Assembly (NCBI GenBank): GCA_038885755.1
Contig: JAVZZH010000008.1
Coordinates: forward strand, 1-20,942
DNA: 20,942 nt
Direction of reading: 5' to 3'
Origin: Candidatus Caldarchaeum sp.
GTDB taxonomy: Archaea; Thermoproteota; Nitrososphaeria_A; Caldarchaeales; Caldarchaeaceae
A program made the position numbers and the translations under genes. The notes beneath the pieces are model-generated. The model saw nothing but the letters and a program-made list of their open reading frames with translations, was not told the DNA's origin and made no database searches. This document shows, one piece after another, positions 1 through 7,731 of this stretch; the first letter of the stretch is position 1, and every line of letters starts with the position of its first letter.

Positions 1-648
1 CGACGCTGGATGATCCGCCCTCCACGCCTACTCGGCGTGTTCGGACGGAGTATCTTCGGCGCCGTCCTCGTCCGTTACCAGCCGGTTTCAACCGCTTTTC
101 ACCCCCCTCCCGGGGTAGTTTTCAACTTTCCCTCACGGTACTGCTGCGCTATCGGTCTTGGGAGGTACTTAGGCTTAGAAGCCAGTGGCTCCTTCCTTCC
201 CGCACCATATCCGAGGTACGGTACTCGGGCACCAGCCCATCTCCACTCCCAGCTTCCCCTACGGGGCTTTCACCCTCTGAGGCGGACCTTTCCAGGTCGC
301 TTCGGGTCGCTGGGCACAGGAGGGCGGCTGGCCCACACTCCACATCCCCGCGTGGTTTCCCACGCGGGTTCGGTTTGGCCTCATCCCCTTTCACTCGCCG
401 TTACTCGGGGAGTCTCGTTTGATTTCCTTTCCTCGGCCTACTTGGATGCTTCCGTTCGGCCGGTTCCCACTCCACAGATCGAGTCCGTGGAGCGACGTCC
501 AACGCCGAAGCGCTGGACGCCAGGAGATCCCATTCGGGAATCCCCGGATCAACGCCTGCATGCGGCTACCCGGGGCTTATCGCAGCTTGCCACGCCCTTC
601 GTCGGCCCCCAAGCCGAGTTATCCACCGGCTGGCGTAGTCTGGCCTAA
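1..648 (-). rRNA. rrl: 23S rRNA gene, 5' portion (continues beyond the left edge; 5' end approximate)
   Basis: Reverse complement reads ...GCCAGCCGGTGGATAACTCGGCTTGGGGGCCGACGAAGGGCGTGGCAAGCTGCGATAAGCCCCGGG...TTCCCGAATGGG...GACCGATAGCG...AGTACCGTGAGGGAAAG, which are conserved archaeal 23S domain I signatures. Confidence 0.97.
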
Positions 649-649
649 G

Positions 650-760
650 GCGTCTGCCGTCCAGTTGGCGACGCATCCAAACCCTATGGACGCGGTCATC
701 GATACGTGATTCTCTACCGCTTCCGGCACCCATCCGCGGATGGACGCCTTCACTTAAAGC
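650..760 (-). other. Structured 5' leader (external transcribed spacer) of the 23S precursor
   Basis: Minus-strand hairpins: GGCGTCCATC-cgcg-GATGGGTGCC (725-748), CGCGTCCA-N7-TGGATGCG (672-694) and GCGTC..GACGC (650-674). Mismatches on the plus strand become G-U pairs on the minus strand, which supports a minus-strand RNA structure. Confidence 0.7.
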
Positions 761-784
761 AATATAATTAATCGTTTTGGTTGC

Positions 785-800
785 TTATAAACATGTTTTT
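785..800 (-). promoter_or_regulatory. BRE/TATA promoter of the 23S rRNA gene
   Basis: Minus strand AAAAACATG-TTTATAA, followed about 20 nt later by an AT-rich melting region (761-772) and then the structured leader. Confidence 0.75.
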
Positions 801-979
801 CACGGGCCTTTGAAGAAGCACGTGGGGCATACGTAGGGCTTGGCGAGCTCTCGGCAGATTTCGCAACGCCATATAGTTGATTTTCCGCAGTTGGGGCAGG
901 GGAAGGATGTCGCCGACTCGGAGGGGTTGATGGGTCTGTGGCACCACGTGCAGGTGGGTAGCTTCAGCTGGACAGCCAT
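800..979 (-). CDS. Small zinc-finger protein, HVO_2753/DUF1610 (COG2888)-like, 59 aa
   Basis: Manual translation: MAVQLKLPTCTWCHRPINPSESATSFPCPNCGKSTIWRCEICRELAKPYVCPTCFFKGP*. It has four CxxC motifs, FPCPNCG, IWRC and a C-terminal F.GP, all typical of this family. It falls below the 60-aa cutoff of the ORF track. Confidence 0.93.
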   Translation of the reverse strand: MAVQLKLPTCTWCHRPINPSESATSFPCPNCGKSTIWRCEICRELAKPYVCPTCFFKGP

Positions 980-1005
980 CGTCTTCGCAACCGAGTGCGA
1001 AGCTC

Positions 1006-1015
1006 AATTATTTAA
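1006..1015 (-). promoter_or_regulatory. TATA box of the zinc-finger gene
   Basis: Minus strand TTAAATAATT about 27-36 nt upstream of the ATG at 979. Confidence 0.55.
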
Positions 1016-1024
1016 CCTTGAGCG

Positions 1025-2152
1025 CTACTCTGCCAGCATGCTCTTCGCCAGATGGAAGGCAAGCTTGACGCCGGCCCTTCCCGACAGCACCCTGACCGCT
1101 GAAGCCATGTGTCTGTCCATGTCGCCCATACGGCCGAGCTTAACGTCGACACCGCTCTCCCTCACCGCTTTGAAAAGTCTGTCAAGCATCACCGGAGACA
1201 TCCTCTCGTAGAGCCTTCTGATGAGGTAGGTCCTGTTCAGCTCTCGCAGGAGCGAGGCTAGGGCCTTCTCGTAGGTTGCTTCGCCTGCTGCGTATCTCGC
1301 AGCCGCGATCGAGGCTAGGCCTCCTGTTATCACTCCGCCGCCTGTCGTTGCCTTGGTCTGTCCCGCGACGTCGCCCACGAGCATTACGGGGCCTTTCCTA
1401 AAGGATTGGGCGGGTTTCCCAACGTAGATTGACGACGACGAGACTCCCAGCAGCTTGGAGCGTGGGAAAAGCTCCGACATCAGCTTCGTGGCGAGGATGT
1501 CGGGAAACTTGCTGGCCGCCACGCCGAGCTTTCCTATTTTCTCGTCGACCGGCACGAGGTAGCCGAAGTATTCGGGCAGGTATTTTCTGAAGTAAAGGTA
1601 GACTTTGTCCGGGTCCTGCCCGTGGTTGGATATCTGGAGTTGAACTATTGGGAGCCATGTACCGAGGTGGATGTTTGTGAAGATTTGTCGCGCGGTTGTA
1701 GCCTGCCTGCCTTCGGCGATTATGAGATGCTGTGGGCGAGCGGTCTTGGTCGAGGTTTTGATGAACACCCGGCCGTTAGACAGCCGTGCTTCAGAAACGT
1801 GCTCGCCGAGTAAAAGCTCCGCACCGTTCACGACAGCCTGCTCAGCGATGTACTGTTCAAGCCTCTCCCTGTTGCATACGAGCGCCACATCCCTTCCAGC
1901 GTCAACCTCGAAAGACATGCCCGACGGCGAGACGAAAACAGCTCCCCGAACCCTGTTCTGGACATACGGAGCGTCCAACGGCAGACCGAGCCTCCTCATA
2001 CCTTCAACGCTGTAGAGACCCGCGCACTTCTCAGGCCGTCCAATCACCACATCCTCCTCGAAGACAGCTACCCTAAGCCCCTTTCCAGCCACCTCCCTAG
2101 CCGCCAAAAGCCCCGCAGGCCCGCCTCCGACGACCGCTACGTCGAGCTGCAT
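1025..2152 (-). CDS. Geranylgeranyl reductase family FAD oxidoreductase (DGGR-like)
   Basis: DVAVVGGGPAG FAD motif, PEKCAG (PxxCA/G motif), FGYLVP and LVGDVAGQTKATTGGGV; 375 aa. Confidence 0.85.
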   Translation of the reverse strand: MQLDVAVVGGGPAGLLAAREVAGKGLRVAVFEEDVVIGRPEKCAGLYSVEGMRRLGLPLDAPYVQNRVRGAVFVSPSGMSFEVDAGRDVALVCNRERLEQYIAEQAVVNGAELLLGEHVSEARLSNGRVFIKTSTKTARPQHLIIAEGRQATTARQIFTNIHLGTWLPIVQLQISNHGQDPDKVYLYFRKYLPEYFGYLVPVDEKIGKLGVAASKFPDILATKLMSELFPRSKLLGVSSSSIYVGKPAQSFRKGPVMLVGDVAGQTKATTGGGVITGGLASIAAARYAAGEATYEKALASLLRELNRTYLIRRLYERMSPVMLDRLFKAVRESGVDVKLGRMGDMDRHMASAVRVLSGRAGVKLAFHLAKSMLAE

Positions 2153-2169
2153 CCCACCGCGGGGGAAGG

Positions 2170-2190
2170 TTATTGTATGAGGGTTTAAAC
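2170..2190. promoter_or_regulatory. Divergent promoter region between the GGR gene and acyP
   Basis: GTTTAAAC (2183-2190) lies about 30 nt upstream of the minus-strand ATG at 2152. A weaker TTATTGTA (2170-2177) lies upstream of the acyP ATG at 2193. Confidence 0.45.
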
Positions 2191-2192
2191 CT

Positions 2193-2477
2193 ATGCGCGT
2201 GGCTCGGACTGGGGTACGCGTGAGAGTTTACGGACGTGTTCAAGGTGTCTGGTTCAGGTCTTCGATGAAGGAGAAGGCTGACGAGCTGGGATTAGACGGC
2301 TGGGTGAGGAACTTGGATGACGGAAGCGTCGAAGCCGTTATAGCGGGCGACGAGGAAAAGGTCAACAAGCTTGTCGAATGGTGTCGCGTGGGACCGCCCT
2401 TGGCCAAAGTTGAGAAAGTGATGGTGGAGAAAATAGCTGAACCACCTGATTTACGCGGATTCAGCATAGTGCGTTGA
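2193..2477 (+). CDS. acyP: Acylphosphatase
   Basis: VYGRVQGVWFR and GWVRNLDDGSVE signatures, GPPLAKV, C-terminal FSIVR; 94 aa. Confidence 0.96.
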   Translation: MRVARTGVRVRVYGRVQGVWFRSSMKEKADELGLDGWVRNLDDGSVEAVIAGDEEKVNKLVEWCRVGPPLAKVEKVMVEKIAEPPDLRGFSIVR

Positions 2478-2570
2478 AGACTCTAGCCGTCCGGCTCGAG
2501 GGCATCATGAGCTAGGGATCCAAAACTAGGGCCCGTGCTCGCAAGATGTCAATTCTGTTAAATGATCCTA

Positions 2571-2645
2571 CGGGCCCGGTGGGACTTGAACCCACGACCT
2601 ACGGCTTAGGAGGCCGCCGCCCTGTCCATTCTGGGCTACGGGCCC
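2571..2645 (-). tRNA. tRNA-Arg (anticodon CCT), intronless, no encoded CCA
   Basis: GGGCCCG acceptor pairs with CGGGCCC+G; anticodon arm GCGGC-CT-CCT-AA-GCCGT; T arm GTGGG-TTCAAGT-CCCAC; upstream AATATATTAT TATA at 2668-2677. Confidence 0.97.
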
Positions 2646-2737
2646 GGACAAACCGATCACTAGGCTGATAATATATTTAGCCGTCTAGCGTCAGGGGAAG
2701 GTTGTCTTTAATAGCGCCCCCATGACTGCTACAGCAA

Positions 2738-4300
2738 GTGGAATTGAAGAGGCTGGCTGTGCTTCTGGTTTTGATGGCTTGTGTCGGAGCGTTTGCCACT
2801 GTCTCTTCTCAGCAAGCATACGAACGGCATGTGCACGTTGCCGACGGTGGGCTGGTGTTTATCTTGGACACCATACCTTTCACGGGCCCAAGCGAAGTCG
2901 TCAAGGTCGGTTTTCCCGCGGACAGCGTCAAAAACCTCGTAGGATACTATCTTCTCGACGAACGAGGCAGCTTAACCCCCGCATCCCAGCAGGAAGGCGT
3001 TTACTGGCTTGAGCTAAAGCCTGAAACTGTTTGGACGCACGGCTCAGCAACCGTCGTAACCGTTTGGAAGGACCTTCTCGTCGAATCCGCCCAGAACAAC
3101 TACCTTCTAGTAATACCGTCGAACATAATCATGGAGAGGAAGATTGAAAGAGTCAACGTCAGGCTTACATTTGACGGCAACCCGACTGTATCGTCGGTCT
3201 CCGGAGCCGAGATGAAGATAAGCGGAGACAAGAGCTCGGCTCAGGGGGAGTTTTCAGACATCGAGGCCAAACAGTTCAAAACCGTGGTGGCGTACTTCGA
3301 GAACCCGGACCTTCTGAGGTACACTGTTGAGACAGCGGAGGTTAAAGTTGACATGTCCTCGGCGCAGGCCACGCTGAAAATGATGGTCAAGAACACTGGA
3401 CGGAGGACGTTCTCGTCGCTCAACGTTTACCTAGGTAAAGACTCGGAAGTGTTGTCTGTCTCCAGAGGTCTTGCGAGGCTGAGCCACAGCTGGGACGCTG
3501 ACAAAGGATTCCTGAGAGTCGAGTTTGATTCAGTAGGCGAAGGTCAGAGGCTGGCGTTGGAGATAAGCTTCCGGAGCAGGGGCTTAGTGGAGCAGGTCGA
3601 CGGACGCTACGTAGTAGGGGTTCCGAGGTATCTTAATACAACCTTCTCCGAGCTGTTGCTGACGGTCGAAACACCTCCAGCCGACCAAGTGTCTTTTAGC
3701 ACGGAGCCTTGGATGCTGAGAGTAGTGGAGAATAGCAGAAGGATTGCTTCGTTCAGGTTTGAGAACCTGTTCGTTCCCCAGAGGGTCGTGGTTTCGGTAA
3801 GCCTGACAGCAAGCAGCCTTCCCACGCTTCCACCAGTCCTCATCCTAGCAATCGCCGTCGTGGCGGGTTTCCAAGCCATAGTCATACGACAGAGACAGGG
3901 GAAGCCTTCTTCTGCCGGAGAGGTCGCCGGCTTCAGCCAATCCATGGCAAGGCTTGTTGAGGGAATGATCGGTGAGATTAACGGGTTGAAGAACGTCGAG
4001 GAAGCGGCTAGAGTATACAAGATGGTTGAAGACCGGCTTAAGACGGCTAGAGAAAATCTGTGGACCGCTAGGAAAACTTTACGGGGCGGAGAGGTCGCGG
4101 GAGGACTGAACAGCATCGAGAGACAGCTGAACGAGGCCTCGTCGATACTGCAGGCTGTATACAAAACCGTCGAAGACTTCAAGGCAAACAGGATACCGAG
4201 AAACGTCTACACAAGGATCGTGAACGAATACGTCAAGGAATGCAGGAAATCCCTTTCAGAAGTTCTGAGCACGCTTGAATACCTCAACCGCCTGAAATGA
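2738..4300 (+). CDS. Signal peptide + large extracellular beta-rich region + single TM + cytoplasmic helical tail; putative ribophorin I (Ost1/RPN1)-like protein
   Basis: N-terminal signal (MELKRLAVLLVLMACVGAFA), about 340 aa of beta-rich duplicated domains, TM (LPPVLILAIAVVAGFQAIVI) and a helical C-terminus ending FKANRIPRNVYTRIVNEY...LEYL. TTTAATA TATA at 2707-2713. The CDS is solid; the family call is by eye. Confidence 0.65.
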   Translation: MELKRLAVLLVLMACVGAFATVSSQQAYERHVHVADGGLVFILDTIPFTGPSEVVKVGFPADSVKNLVGYYLLDERGSLTPASQQEGVYWLELKPETVWTHGSATVVTVWKDLLVESAQNNYLLVIPSNIIMERKIERVNVRLTFDGNPTVSSVSGAEMKISGDKSSAQGEFSDIEAKQFKTVVAYFENPDLLRYTVETAEVKVDMSSAQATLKMMVKNTGRRTFSSLNVYLGKDSEVLSVSRGLARLSHSWDADKGFLRVEFDSVGEGQRLALEISFRSRGLVEQVDGRYVVGVPRYLNTTFSELLLTVETPPADQVSFSTEPWMLRVVENSRRIASFRFENLFVPQRVVVSVSLTASSLPTLPPVLILAIAVVAGFQAIVIRQRQGKPSSAGEVAGFSQSMARLVEGMIGEINGLKNVEEAARVYKMVEDRLKTARENLWTARKTLRGGEVAGGLNSIERQLNEASSILQAVYKTVEDFKANRIPRNVYTRIVNEYVKECRKSLSEVLSTLEYLNRLK

Positions 4301-5354
4301 CTCTTCCAATCAAATCGGCTGTTCTATCAGCCGGGTTCTCCATTCTATCGAGGAGTCGGGAGGCTTTTTTCAAACACTCCGCTCTCACTTCGTCGATGTT
4401 GCGTAGGATTGAAGCGGCCACGCCAGCTACTCTGTGAAGCTCCCTGACGTGTCTCACGAGGCCTTGTTTAATCAGGTAGTTTATCACGGCGGGCATGCTG
4501 CCGGGGTAGAAGGATATCGTCGGCACTCCCAGAAGAGCCGCCTCCTGCGTCATGGTTCCCCCGCCTCCGATGAAGAGCCTCGAATAAAACAGAAGGGACA
4601 GGTCGTCGACAGGCCTCTCCACCACGAGGGCGAGCCCGCCAATCTTCCTACCCAGATACTCGACCTCCTCCGCGTATCTCGGAAGGACGACCAACCGTAG
4701 GCCGTCCAAAACCCTCGCCAACCCCTCGAGAAAACCGACGTAGTTGTCAAGCCTCCAGCCGGCTTCATTCAGGTATGAGGCCTGATACTCTGGGCTCCGG
4801 ACCAAGACGTAGCCGTGCCTGCTCAGGCCGAAGACACGCAGCTTTGTATCGTCAGGCTTGAACTCTTTCAGCCAAGCCACGGGGTCCAGCGCCCTGTAGA
4901 GCGTGATGCGGCTGGGGGGTACGCCGTGCTTGACCCAAGGAGTTTTGCCGATGACCCAAGGGGTGAGTACGTGGGATGAGAGGGGGGCCGCGAGCCTGTT
5001 GACGGGGGAGTGCGGCGTGTCGGATACGAGTATGTGTGGCTTGGCGAGGCCGAAAGCTATGCGAGAACATTCTGGAGAGCCGCTCGAGACGGCGATGTCA
5101 AAATCATGAACAACCTCCATGAGCTTCAGAGTCCTCTCCGCACTCCTGACCAGCTTGTCCCTCATGTTCTTTCCGCCGAACTCGCCAACGACAACAACGT
5201 CGGCGCTGCCGAATTTCGGAAGGAGCGGAAGAACCTGCTCGTAGGCCCGAGCCGTGGCGAGAATTTTAAAACCCCTCCCCGCAAGCTTCTCTCCCAGATG
5301 TTTAAAGAACCAGAACTGCTTGGGCGTTAGAACGTCCAGCCAGACAACAGTCAT
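4284..5354 (-). CDS. DUF354 (COG1817) GT-B fold protein, putative glycosyltransferase/epimerase-like
   Basis: WLDVLTPKQFWFF, TARAYEQ, VGEFGG, SSGSPECSRIAFGL and GGGGTMTQEAALLGVPTISFYPG motifs. Confidence 0.85.
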   Translation of the reverse strand: MTVVWLDVLTPKQFWFFKHLGEKLAGRGFKILATARAYEQVLPLLPKFGSADVVVVGEFGGKNMRDKLVRSAERTLKLMEVVHDFDIAVSSGSPECSRIAFGLAKPHILVSDTPHSPVNRLAAPLSSHVLTPWVIGKTPWVKHGVPPSRITLYRALDPVAWLKEFKPDDTKLRVFGLSRHGYVLVRSPEYQASYLNEAGWRLDNYVGFLEGLARVLDGLRLVVLPRYAEEVEYLGRKIGGLALVVERPVDDLSLLFYSRLFIGGGGTMTQEAALLGVPTISFYPGSMPAVINYLIKQGLVRHVRELHRVAGVAASILRNIDEVRAECLKKASRLLDRMENPADRTADLIGRVISGG

Positions 5355-5438
5355 CTTCTAGACCAGAAAACCCTCATCACCGGTATTTAATTTTCGAAGA
5401 AAGAAAAGCTAATACCGTGAAGGATTGAACAAGCCATC

Positions 5439-6422
5439 ATGATTGCGCCGGTTCTGGCAGCGGTGCTGGCCGCAGCCACCGCCTCAACAATCCTCATCCC
5501 CGTCAGCAAGTTCGTCTCGAGAAAGACGGGCTGCATGGGGCTGGACGTTCACAAACCAAACCCCTACCCAGTTCCCAAGCTCGGAGGCCTGATAATAGCG
5601 GGAGGACTGATGGCGGGCTACGCAGCCGCCCAACCAATCCTCAACAACACCTCTCTCATCCTAGCCATCTATTCTTCGACGGCCATCGCAGCGGTCATAG
5701 GGCTTTACGAAGACTTCAGAGAGATAAACCCGGTAATCAAGCCCGCTTTGTTAGCGCTCGCCGGAGTTCCAGTCGTTGCGCTTGGGGTTTACTCTCCCAA
5801 CCCTTTCATCCCCTTCGTCGGAAACGCCCGCCTGACAATAGTATATCCAGTCCTGATACTCATAGGGTTCGCAGTCGTCTGCAACGCAGTCAACAGCATC
5901 GACGTGCTGAACGGCTCGCTCGCCTACACAAGCCTCGCCGCACTACTTCCGCTGTCGACGGCAGCTCTGCTAGAAGGTAGGATAGAAACCCTAACCCTTT
6001 GTTTAATTTTGGCGGCAACGCTCGCCGTATTCCTCACAGTAAACAGGTATCCATCGAAGGTCTTCGCCGGAAACATAGGAAGCCTAAGCGTTGGAGCAGC
6101 GCTTACTCTGATAACTATAACTGGAAGGCTTGAAGTCGTGGCGATAGTTGCGCTCATTCCACAGATAATGAACGAGTTCCACATAATCTACTCGATGAAA
6201 GGGTTGAGGAGCGCCAAGACCGCAGCCAAAAGGCCTGTGGTTGTTGACGGCGGGATGATTAGGGCTAGCCTTGAGAAAGACGCTCCAATAACACTGCTCA
6301 GGATGGTCTCTGCAAACGGCCCCGTCTCCGAGAAGCAAGCCGTCGACAGGATGGCTCTAACCTCCCTTTACTCAGCCTTCCTGTCCATCATCACGTATCT
6401 TTTCTTCATGAGGGGTGTGTAA
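5439..6422 (+). CDS. aglH: UDP-GlcNAc:dolichyl-phosphate GlcNAc-1-phosphotransferase (AglH/GPT, MraY/GT4 family)
   Basis: Polytopic membrane protein with GLDVHKP...VPKLGG, GLYEDF, NAVNSIDVLNG and NRYPSKVFAGNIG motifs. Confidence 0.85.
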   Translation: MIAPVLAAVLAAATASTILIPVSKFVSRKTGCMGLDVHKPNPYPVPKLGGLIIAGGLMAGYAAAQPILNNTSLILAIYSSTAIAAVIGLYEDFREINPVIKPALLALAGVPVVALGVYSPNPFIPFVGNARLTIVYPVLILIGFAVVCNAVNSIDVLNGSLAYTSLAALLPLSTAALLEGRIETLTLCLILAATLAVFLTVNRYPSKVFAGNIGSLSVGAALTLITITGRLEVVAIVALIPQIMNEFHIIYSMKGLRSAKTAAKRPVVVDGGMIRASLEKDAPITLLRMVSANGPVSEKQAVDRMALTSLYSAFLSIITYLFFMRGV

Positions 6423-6663
6423 AGTGGCTGGCTCGACGCTCAAGCTGTTAGCCCTCGTTTCCGTCATCTGGCTGATGTTCCTAGCCGCCTCCTCCCTGAT
6501 AACGTTAATCATCATGCCTGTAGTCGACATGCAGTCCTCGACGACGATGTCTGCCGCCAGAACTTTGGCTGGAATGGCTGTGTTCGGCCTCTGGGTCTAT
6601 GGATGGCAGAAGACGGCTGAGTTCTGGCTATACAAAATCCTCCTGAGAGCGGACGAGGAATGA
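6415..6663 (+). CDS. Small 2-TM membrane protein (start may be the GTG at 6424)
   Basis: Two hydrophobic helices; abuts aglH and overlaps the next gene by ATGA; GAGGGGTG SD-like site upstream of 6424. Confidence 0.75.
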   Translation: MCKVAGSTLKLLALVSVIWLMFLAASSLITLIIMPVVDMQSSTTMSAARTLAGMAVFGLWVYGWQKTAEFWLYKILLRADEE

Positions 6664-7721
6664 AGATACTATTCCTGTCCGGCGAAGCCTCAGACATAAA
6701 TCTCGCACTCCGTCTGTCGAAGCACGGCCACAATGTTTTCTTCCACTCTTCGAACCCCTACGTCTCCGGGCAGGCACTTCACTACTCTAGAAAGATTCAC
6801 AGAGGTCTCAGCAGGGCTGAGTTTGTGAAGCTGTGCAGCGACGGGGTTTTCACGCTCTGGAAGGAGCAGAACCCTGTCGACGCAGACGAGGTCTGGGTCT
6901 GCGTGAACACGATAAGGAACGGGGCAGACACCTTCGCCGAAGCCGAGAACCTGATGAAGACAGCCGCATCGATGACCAGGAGGTTGAAAAAACTCATACT
7001 CTGTGGACTGACTAGGCCGGGCGATGCGAAGCTGCTGATCAAAACATTTCAGCAGCACAACCCCTCTCAATCGCACGATTTATACTACGTAGGGGGTTGC
7101 CAGACATCCCTCAGCAAAACTCCCTGCTGGTCAAGCCTCGGAGAAGACAAGGCATCCGAAACAATCAAACTTTTCAACCCATTATTCTTCAAGACAGTTG
7201 AATCGGCTGAAGCCGCCAACCTGACAGCCTTGACTTCAGAAGCTGTGCGAAGGCTCGCCACCCTCCACCTAGCAGAGTTCTTCAAATCCACGGAGGTTCT
7301 GAGGCCCTTGGTCGGGGATGACGAGTTTCTGTCGAAAAAACAAGTAGACGCTCTGAGATACGCTGAGAACGTGTTGAAAAACAGATCTCGCAACGTCGTG
7401 GCGAATGCTTACAGAAGCCTTGTCAAGGATTCAGGCAGGAGGAGACGTGAGGTGTTGAGAGAGGTCGTCAAGCTAAGCCGGAGCAGTAGAAAACCCGTAA
7501 GCATAGCTGTTGTCTGCCCTGACGACAGGAGGGAAGAGGTTAGCATGGTGTTTGAGGGGAAGAGTGTCAAGACCGTCTACGTCGACGAAGACGAGCTCGA
7601 GGCTAGAGGAGCAGGCTTCTTGAAGGGCTTTGCCGGCGTGGTTGTGGCCTCCAACAGGCTTGACTTGGCGGCCGAGGTTCAGGAGAACTTTAAGACTGCG
7701 TGGTTCCTGCCGTTAGTGTAG
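6660..7721 (+). CDS. Degenerate UDP-glucose/UDP-ManNAc dehydrogenase-like protein (probable pseudoenzyme)
   Basis: Collinear remnants: LALRLSKHGHNV, DADEVWVCVNT (cf. DADviiicVpTP), GLTRPG (cf. STvpPG), ESAEAANL (cf. AEmvKl) and C-terminal SIAVV. There is no GxGxxG and no GGxC catalytic motif. Confidence 0.6.
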   Translation: MKILFLSGEASDINLALRLSKHGHNVFFHSSNPYVSGQALHYSRKIHRGLSRAEFVKLCSDGVFTLWKEQNPVDADEVWVCVNTIRNGADTFAEAENLMKTAASMTRRLKKLILCGLTRPGDAKLLIKTFQQHNPSQSHDLYYVGGCQTSLSKTPCWSSLGEDKASETIKLFNPLFFKTVESAEAANLTALTSEAVRRLATLHLAEFFKSTEVLRPLVGDDEFLSKKQVDALRYAENVLKNRSRNVVANAYRSLVKDSGRRRREVLREVVKLSRSSRKPVSIAVVCPDDRREEVSMVFEGKSVKTVYVDEDELEARGAGFLKGFAGVVVASNRLDLAAEVQENFKTAWFLPLV

Positions 7722-7731
7722 GGAATGATTG

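Noticed and set aside
1-648. Possible intron or homing-endonuclease insertion in the 23S
   Set aside because: The GC-rich hairpins at about 1-75 and 470-520 match normal variable helices of archaeal 23S domain I; no extra segment or ORF is evident.
10-709. ORFs 10..648, 149..394 and 419..709
   Set aside because: They are shadow ORFs over the 23S rRNA gene and its leader.
768-1211. ORFs 768..1007 (-) and 840..1211 (+)
   Set aside because: They are off-frame or antisense to the real zinc-finger gene (800..979) and the GGR gene, with no recognisable motifs.
2455-2510. C/D box sRNA candidate on the minus strand (ATGATGC ... CTGA)
   Set aside because: The C box is imperfect, there are no convincing D'/C' boxes, and it overlaps the acyP coding sequence.
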